This document shows positions 25,648-31,682 of a DNA stretch of 40,240 nt, piece after piece; the first letter of the stretch is position 1; each line of letters begins with the position of its first letter. Source of the DNA: Candidatus Nanopelagicales bacterium (GTDB lineage: Bacteria > Actinomycetota > Actinomycetes > S36-B12); the NCBI GenBank assembly GCA_049317345.1, contig JBMOIL010000001.1, positions 1-40,240 of the forward strand, given 5' to 3'. The translations under genes and the position numbers were made by a program. Under the pieces are notes generated by a model. It was not told the origin of the DNA and ran no database searches. It worked only from the letters and a program-made list of their open reading frames with translations.

Positions 25648-25932
25648 GTGGCGCCCGTCCGCACCCGCTCCGCAGTCGAAGCGATCATCGCTGAGCGCAT
25701 CACCGCCGATCCTGGCTTCCGCGACACCCTCCTCGCCGACCCGCGCGCCGTACTCTCCGAAATCGTCGGCCTCGACATCCCCGACACCGTCCAGATCGAC
25801 CTGCACGAAGAATCCCTCACCTAGATCCACCTCACCATCCCCTCCAGCGACGAACTCACCGAATCCGACCTCGAACTCGTCGCCGGAGGCGGCAATTGCT
25901 GGTCGAACAGTTGTCGCTTTCCGGGAGCGTGA
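25648..25932 (+). pseudogene. Precursor A12 interrupted by an in-frame TAG (at the conserved Gln of SLTQIHL); the downstream frame is intact (core GNCWSNSCRFPGA)
   Basis: TAG at 25822-25824 sits where all other copies have CAG or CAA. The same frame continues IHLTIPSSDELTESDLELVAGGGNCWSNSCRFPGA to TGA at 25930-25932. The start is GTG 25648 or ATG 25624. Confidence 0.7.
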
Positions 25933-26010
25933 AGATGAGATCGACTTTCCCGTACGTCGTGAGATCTGCAGGGGTAGGCCTTCCGCACCCATGACGCCAC
26001 TGCGTACGCG

Positions 26011-26026
26011 GCTCTCGCGCGAGAGC
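26011..26026. promoter_or_regulatory. Perfect 16-bp palindrome GCTCTCGCGCGAGAGC between the precursor array and the second export operon
   Basis: Read directly from the sequence. It could form a 6-bp stem with a 4-nt loop or act as a dimeric-regulator operator. No T-tract follows. Confidence 0.3.
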
Positions 26027-26089
26027 TCGCCGTAGCAGGCCTTGACCCGTCCGCCTGAACGCCGTGAGCCGAATCGCTAGGGTCGACGC

Positions 26090-26872
26090 ATGGAGGGCAG
26101 CGTCTCCCCCGTGGCGAGGGTCGATCAGGTAGCCACTTTCGCTCGCCCACGCATGTGGGTGGCCCTGATCGGGATCATCGTGCTGCTCCTGGCATTCATT
26201 GCCTGGGGCTTCATCGCCCGGGCACCGGTCAGCGTCGCTGTCGGCGGTCTCATCACCACATCCGGTGGCGTCTCCGCCATCAGGAGTTCGCTGACCGGCA
26301 CGGTGAGCGCGGTCTACGTCGACATCGGGGACCGGGTCGACGTCGGCACCAGCGTCGTGTCGATCAAGGACGATCTCGGTGCCTCGGCAGAAGTCAGGGC
26401 CAAGATCCCCGGCACCGTGCTCGAGGTCGCCACAAGGGTCGGAGCCTTTGTCACCGCAGGACAGGAACTGATGATCCTGCAGACAAACGACGAGCCGCTC
26501 ACCGCCATCGCACTCGTGCCGGTGACCGACTCTGGTCGCATCACATCGGGCCAACAGGTGCTCATCTCCCCCTCCTCCGCATCACCATCGGAGTACGGCT
26601 ACATCCAGGGCACCGTGGACTCGGTAAGCGGTATTCCCATCAGTTCAGCGCGCCTCGAGCAGCTCACTGCGGGGATTGCCGGGCTGGCCAATTCCGAGGA
26701 CCTGACCGGGCCGGTGCTCGAGGTCAGCATCGTTCTCGCGTCTGCGGACACGACCTCGGGCTATGCCTGGACCATCGGCGCGGGTCCGCCGTTCGCGCTG
26801 CTCGCGGGGACGCCCTTCACAGGAGAGATCATCGTGGGCGAGCAGGCCCCGCTCGTGCGATTGCTGGGCTGA
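26090..26872 (+). CDS. NHLP-type bacteriocin system secretion protein (HlyD-like), set 2
   Basis: It has the same architecture as 4122-4922: VDQVATFARPRMWVALIGIIVLLLAFIAW as the TM helix, then a beta-rich body. An in-frame TAG at 26078 fixes the start. A TGATG junction links it to the next gene. Confidence 0.7.
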   Translation: MEGSVSPVARVDQVATFARPRMWVALIGIIVLLLAFIAWGFIARAPVSVAVGGLITTSGGVSAIRSSLTGTVSAVYVDIGDRVDVGTSVVSIKDDLGASAEVRAKIPGTVLEVATRVGAFVTAGQELMILQTNDEPLTAIALVPVTDSGRITSGQQVLISPSSASPSEYGYIQGTVDSVSGIPISSARLEQLTAGIAGLANSEDLTGPVLEVSIVLASADTTSGYAWTIGAGPPFALLAGTPFTGEIIVGEQAPLVRLLG

Positions 26873-29142
26873 TGCACGTCCCCGTGCGCCTCGCACTCGG
26901 CGCCAACGAGACGGGCGTCGCCTGCCTGGCGATGCTCCTCGCCGCGTGCGGGACGCGCATCGGCCAGGAGGAACTGATCAGGACCATCGGCGTCACGCGC
27001 GACGGACTGAGCTTCCGTGAACTCGCCGACACCGCTGAGGTTTACGGCGTCCGTGCCGAGATCCGGTCCGGCAACCCCGACGTACTCGACTCAATGGCCC
27101 TTCCCGCGATGGTGCGATGGGGCCACTCGCACGCTCGCGTACTTGAGTCGCGCACCCGCAGCGGCTGGGTCGCCGTCGACCCGATCCTGGGGCGCCTGCA
27201 GATCAGCGATGACGACCTGCGGGCGGCCTGGGGCGGGGAGGCGCTCGCGCTGGACGGATCGACGGCGCGCCGAGGAGTTAAGTTGTGGACGGGCGTGGGA
27301 CGTCGGCTGAAGGGCAGTGGGCCCGGAATCGCGTTCGTCGTGCTTGCCGGCCTCGCGCTCATCATCCCGGGCCTGCTGGCCCCGGCGCTCATCCGCGCAT
27401 TCGTCGACGAGTACCTGATTGCCGGCGACCGGCAGGGATCGCTCAGCATCTTCATCGGGCTCGTGGCCGCGTTGGCGGTCGGTCTCGTGATCGGCTACCT
27501 GCAGGCACGCGGCCTGCAGCGCCTGCTCACCGTCTCCGTCATCCGCAACGCCTCCCACTTCGTCTGGCATCTCCTGCGCATGCCCGCGTGGTTCCTGACC
27601 CAGCGCGACGCCACGACCCTCTCCTACCGGGTGCGCCTGAACGAGCAACTCGCCGACGTAATCTCAGGTCGGTTCGCAACGGCGCTGCTAGCCGAGCTCA
27701 CCAGCGTGTTCTACCTCGTGGTGATGTTCGTCTATTCCCCGATCCTCGGTCTCATCGCCCTATCCGGACCCCTGCTCGTCATCGTCCTCGTCTGGCGCAT
27801 CACGCTGCTGCGCTCGGAGGTACGCCAGCGGCAGGCGCGCGAAGTCTCGGTAACGGCCACCGAACTAGGCGTCACCTTGCGCATGATCGAAACGCTGAAG
27901 GCGACCGGAAGTGAAGATGTCGCTTTCCAGCGCACCTTTGCATCCGTGGGCCGCCGCATCACCCTGGGGTATACCCGGCTATGGGGCTATCTCGCCATGG
28001 TCCCGGTGCTGGCCAACTCCCTCGCCACCGCTCTCGTCCTCTGCGTCGGGGCCTACCTCGTCATGCAGGGCAGCATCACCCAGGGCACCCTGGCGGCGTT
28101 CAGCATCCTGCTCGGTGGCTTCCTTGCTCCCCTCATCATCCTCGTGCCGACCATCGACTCGGTGCTCAATCTCCGGGGAGCCTGGGAGCAGTTGAACGAT
28201 GTGCTCAACCAGCCCGTGGAAGCGTCACTTGGGGACCCCTACGCCGATGGGGTCGACCCAGACGTCCCTGCGGAGGAGCGTGCGACCACGCGGCCAGGGG
28301 TATCTCATCCGGCATCAGCGCAGGCCACAGCGGTCGAAGAAGAGGAGGATCCCCTCGACCTGCTCGCCGCGGCCAGCAGGTCGGGGGTCAGCGGACGGCG
28401 CAAGCGTGGGCTGGCCATCGATCCGTGGGCGGCCTCACTCACCCTCAACGACGTGACCTTCGGCTACTCGCCGCGGCAGCCGCCGCTGCTCGACTGCGTA
28501 TCCCTGCAGGCTGAGCCAGGCCGCGTGATCGCCATCGTCGGTCCTAGCGGCAGCGGTAAGTCGACAGTCGGGCGCCTTGTCGGCGGGCTCTACCGGCCCT
28601 GGAGCGGAGCGGTCCTCCTCGACGGGCGCCCCATCGAGTCCTACCCCAGGGATGCGCGTGCGCGCGAGGTGACCTTCGTCAACCAAGACGTCGTGCTCTA
28701 CGCCGCCACAATCCGCGACAACATCACGATGTTTGATCCAGGCATCCGCGATCGCGACATCATCGCCGCCGCCCGGGATGCCTGCGTCCATGACGACATT
28801 ACGGCGCGACCGGGAGGGTACGACTCGATACTGGCTGAGGATGGCCGAGATCTGTCCGGAGGGCAGCGTCAGCGCCTGGTGATCGCCCGCGCACTGGTGC
28901 GCAGGCCTCGGCTCATCGTCCTCGATGAGGCAACGAGTGCGCTCGATGCGCGGACCGAGGCGCAGGTAGTCCAGCACCTGCGCGACCGCGGATGCACGGT
29001 GCTCGTCGTCGCTCATCGCCTGTCCACCGTGCGTGATGCGGACGAGATCATCGTGCTCGACGACGGCCGTGTCGCCCAGCGGGGCACCCACTCCACGCTG
29101 GCCGGCGAGCCTGGCCCCTACCTGGATCTGATGTCGTCATGA
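26872..29142 (+). CDS. ABC exporter with a degenerate C39-like N-terminal domain (permease/ATPase), set 2
   Basis: ATG at 26872 overlaps the HlyD2 stop. The N-terminus RLALGANETGVACLAMLL aligns with ILQMEVTECGAASLGMVL of set 1, with Gln->Ala and the catalytic Cys->Thr (acg at 26911-26913). It has a TM region, Walker A GPSGSGKST, signature LSGGQRQR and Walker B LIVLDEATSALD. Confidence 0.85.
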   Translation: MHVPVRLALGANETGVACLAMLLAACGTRIGQEELIRTIGVTRDGLSFRELADTAEVYGVRAEIRSGNPDVLDSMALPAMVRWGHSHARVLESRTRSGWVAVDPILGRLQISDDDLRAAWGGEALALDGSTARRGVKLWTGVGRRLKGSGPGIAFVVLAGLALIIPGLLAPALIRAFVDEYLIAGDRQGSLSIFIGLVAALAVGLVIGYLQARGLQRLLTVSVIRNASHFVWHLLRMPAWFLTQRDATTLSYRVRLNEQLADVISGRFATALLAELTSVFYLVVMFVYSPILGLIALSGPLLVIVLVWRITLLRSEVRQRQAREVSVTATELGVTLRMIETLKATGSEDVAFQRTFASVGRRITLGYTRLWGYLAMVPVLANSLATALVLCVGAYLVMQGSITQGTLAAFSILLGGFLAPLIILVPTIDSVLNLRGAWEQLNDVLNQPVEASLGDPYADGVDPDVPAEERATTRPGVSHPASAQATAVEEEEDPLDLLAAASRSGVSGRRKRGLAIDPWAASLTLNDVTFGYSPRQPPLLDCVSLQAEPGRVIAIVGPSGSGKSTVGRLVGGLYRPWSGAVLLDGRPIESYPRDARAREVTFVNQDVVLYAATIRDNITMFDPGIRDRDIIAAARDACVHDDITARPGGYDSILAEDGRDLSGGQRQRLVIARALVRRPRLIVLDEATSALDARTEAQVVQHLRDRGCTVLVVAHRLSTVRDADEIIVLDDGRVAQRGTHSTLAGEPGPYLDLMSS

Positions 29143-31292
29143 GCAGCCGCGAGCAGCGCGATTTCGATGCCGAACTCGCTGCCGCACGGCTCGGCCGGGT
29201 ACTGAACCCGGGCCGATCCCTCCCCGCGTCGCCGGATGGTGGCGGGCGCGCTGTCGCCGTGGTGGGCCTGCTCGGCGAGCAACTCAACTTCGTTCCACGT
29301 CCGGTCACAGTCGATGAGTCTGCCGCGCCACTCGAACAGGCACGCAGAATCGTCGAGGGCTCTGCGGTCCGCGCAAGGCCTGTGACCCTCGCCAAAGACT
29401 GGTGGCAACGCACCGTGCCCCCCCTGCTCGTCGAGCACGCAGGAAGCGTCGCCATCGTCCTACCGGGACCGATGTTCCGGCCGCGGCTGTGGCGCCCCGA
29501 GCGCGACCCGGTCCCCGTCACTGCTTCCGTCGCATCCGAGATCTCGCCGCGAGCCTACGAGATCACGCGACCTCTGCCCCCCCGGGCCGCAGGCCTGCGG
29601 GAGTTGCTCCGGCTGTCCCTCGTCGGGACGCGACGTGACTTCGGCTACGCGATCGCCATGGCGCTGCTACTCGGCCTCGTCAGCCTCGCGGTTCCCGTCG
29701 CGACCTCCATCATCTTCAGCGACATTGTCCCGACCGGGGACCGGGGACGGCTGCTTCTCGTCGCGCTCATCCTCGTCTCCTTCGCCGTAGCCGCAGCGAT
29801 GTTCGCGTACACGCGTGCCTACCAGATCAGTCGGCTGAGCGACGCAGTCGAGACAAGCACTTCGGGCGCCATCCTCGACCGGCTGCTGCGGGTGCCTGCC
29901 AGCTCCCTGCGCCGCTGGCCGAGCGCGGATTTGGCCAGCCGGGTTCTCGTGAGTGGGTCCATCGCAGCGGCACTGGATCAAGGCGTCTCGGTGGGTCTCA
30001 TGTCGCTGGCGCTAGTCCTCTTGAACGGCGTCCTCATGGTCATCCTGAGCCCGCCGCTAGGGGCCATCGCCCTCGCTGCAGGGGTGACGATCATCGCCGT
30101 GTCCTACGCGCTGAGCCGAGCAGAGGGGCGCCGCGTGCTGGTCGAGCTCGAAGACTGCAGCGACATGGAGCGCGTGAGCTTGGACATCCTGCGCGGTTGG
30201 GTGCCCGTGCGGCTGTCCGACGGCGACGTCTCCGCGTTTGGTAGGTGGGCAGCCGCATATGGCCGCTACCGTTCGGCCTTCAACGCCCGTTGGAATCTCG
30301 AGATCGCGTCCGACCTCATGCGCACGGCGGTCATCGGGCTCGCCCTCGCGCTCGTCGTCATCGTGTCCTATGCCCTGCCTACCGGGTCGGTCGACTCAGC
30401 CACCTTCCTCGCCTTCGTCTCCGCCTACGGCATCTTCACAGCAGGGCTGGCTGGAATCGCCGACAGCATCCGAGCGGTCGTGCGCATCATCCCTGAGATC
30501 GACCGCGTCGCACCCCTCCTCGCCCTTGAAACCGAGAGCGGGCAGCAGCGGGAGGATCCGGGGGTGATCACAGGTCGCATCGACGTGCGTCGCATCAGCT
30601 TCCGATACGCCGACGACCTCCCCTGGATCCTGCGTGACATCACCTTCACGGTGCCCGCTGGTTCGTCCGTAGCCATCGTCGGCACGTCGGGTTCGGGCAA
30701 AAGCTCGCTGCTGCGGCTACTGCTCGGCTTCGAATCGCCCCGCAGCGGCACCATCCTCTACGACGAGGCGGATCTTGATGTGCTTGACCTGACACTGCTA
30801 CGCAGGCAGTTCGGCGTCGTGCTGCAATCCAGCCTTCTGCTTCCTGGCACTCTCCGCGACAATCTCACCGTTTCGAGCGGGCCGCTGCAGGATGCGCGCC
30901 TGTGGGACGTGCTGGAGCAAGTCAGCCTCGCCGACTGGGTTGCCGCGCTTCCCCTGGGCCTCGACACCACCGTGGACGAGGGATCGACCATCCTGTCCGG
31001 CGGGCAGCGACAGCGGCTGCTCCTCGGGCGCGCGATCGCGGGCAATCCGGTCGTCCTCTTCTTGGACGAGGCGACCAGCGCCCTGGACAACATCACCCAG
31101 GCCGCCGTGACGTCCACGATCTCCCGCCTGGGCATGACACGTGTGGTCATCGCGCATCGACTCTCCACCGTGCAGGACGTGGATCAGATCATCGTCCTCG
31201 ATCAGGGGCGTATCGCTGAGTCGGGGGACTACGCATCACTCATGGCAGCCAAAGGAATCTTCGCCGAGCTCGTGACAAGGCAGGAGCTCTAG
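29139..31292 (+). CDS. ABC exporter permease/ATPase (NHLP export partner), set 2
   Basis: ATGA overlap with the upstream gene. It has a ~150-aa N-terminal soluble region, a TM domain, Walker A GTSGSGKSS, signature LSGGQRQR and Walker B VLFLDEATSALD. Confidence 0.85.
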   Translation: MSSREQRDFDAELAAARLGRVLNPGRSLPASPDGGGRAVAVVGLLGEQLNFVPRPVTVDESAAPLEQARRIVEGSAVRARPVTLAKDWWQRTVPPLLVEHAGSVAIVLPGPMFRPRLWRPERDPVPVTASVASEISPRAYEITRPLPPRAAGLRELLRLSLVGTRRDFGYAIAMALLLGLVSLAVPVATSIIFSDIVPTGDRGRLLLVALILVSFAVAAAMFAYTRAYQISRLSDAVETSTSGAILDRLLRVPASSLRRWPSADLASRVLVSGSIAAALDQGVSVGLMSLALVLLNGVLMVILSPPLGAIALAAGVTIIAVSYALSRAEGRRVLVELEDCSDMERVSLDILRGWVPVRLSDGDVSAFGRWAAAYGRYRSAFNARWNLEIASDLMRTAVIGLALALVVIVSYALPTGSVDSATFLAFVSAYGIFTAGLAGIADSIRAVVRIIPEIDRVAPLLALETESGQQREDPGVITGRIDVRRISFRYADDLPWILRDITFTVPAGSSVAIVGTSGSGKSSLLRLLLGFESPRSGTILYDEADLDVLDLTLLRRQFGVVLQSSLLLPGTLRDNLTVSSGPLQDARLWDVLEQVSLADWVAALPLGLDTTVDEGSTILSGGQRQRLLLGRAIAGNPVVLFLDEATSALDNITQAAVTSTISRLGMTRVVIAHRLSTVQDVDQIIVLDQGRIAESGDYASLMAAKGIFAELVTRQEL

Positions 31293-31453
31293 CCCAACTC
31301 CGAGTGCCATCGTTCCCTTTCGGTGATCTCACTCACGCTCGCTGCCACGCGGGCTCGATCGATCTCCGGGCTGAGGCGCTTCGCAAGTGGACAGTGATGC
31401 CGCACGACGGTGGTGCTGCCACAATCGCTCCCGTGAGCAACTTGGCGCCGACG

Positions 31454-31579
31454 ATGGCAGAATCACGCACCCTCGCGTCGCTCCTGCGCTGGACATGGCC
31501 CTATCTCGCACCTTCTCGCAGGCAACTTGTTGGCGTCGGGCTGCTCCGGTGCCGGGGCCGGGGCCTGGGCTCATCGTGA
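31454..31579 (+). pseudogene. Possible remnant of an ABC-exporter N-terminus (41 codons before the stop)
   Basis: MAESRTLASLLRWTWPYLAPSRRQLVGVGLL resembles the usual start of MsbA-type exporters (..LLR..WPYL.P.RR.L...LL), but it then runs into RCRGRGLGSS-stop. This is a weak, by-eye call only. Confidence 0.25.
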
Positions 31580-31682
31580 CGGGCTACCTGCTAGAGCGCC
31601 AGGCGCAGCCCGTGCACCCCGTGCACCGGCGTGCCACCAAGTCCGGAGTGGCCGATATCCTCAACCGGATCGGAGGTGCGGA

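Larger units (their letters stand above)
22486..25932 (+). repeat. Tandem array of nine precursor-gene units (A4-A12) plus one relic; unit length 286-501 bp
   Basis: ATG/GTG starts lie at 22537, 22987, 23390, 23734 (ACG), 24133, 24634, 25039, 25325 and 25648. The leader-coding ~240 nt is highly conserved, and three ~120-nt spacers (23269-23389, 24013-24132, 24919-25038) are also clearly homologous to each other. Confidence 0.9.

Noticed and set aside
22486-25932. CRISPR-like reading of the array (conserved repeats alternating with short variable segments)
   Set aside because: The repeats are ~240 nt long, protein-coding, imperfect and preceded by ribosome-binding sites. The variable segments are in-frame peptide cores ending in stop codons. 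No cas genes are present.
21742-25992. Long minus-strand ORFs across the precursor array (for example 21742-22860, 22903-23292, 23595-23921, 24538-24942, 24961-25632, 25645-25992)
   Set aside because: They are antisense shadows of the repeated + strand genes in GC-rich DNA. They have repetitive mirror-image sequences, no RBS, and translations dominated by Arg/Ser/Gly/Ala.
26155-26871. N-terminal 239 codons of the 995-aa ORF (26155-29142) as part of the second ABC exporter
   Set aside because: This segment is Arg/Gly/His-rich and low in complexity, and it overlaps the well-supported HlyD2 gene in another frame. The C39-like domain begins at the ATG at 26872, which overlaps the HlyD2 stop just as in set 1.
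31527-31682. Longer start (31527) for the Cache-HAMP protein
   Set aside because: The extension is Ala/Arg/Gly-rich with no function. ATG 31683 has a GGAGG 6 nt upstream and is followed immediately by the basic-then-hydrophobic N-terminal TM segment.
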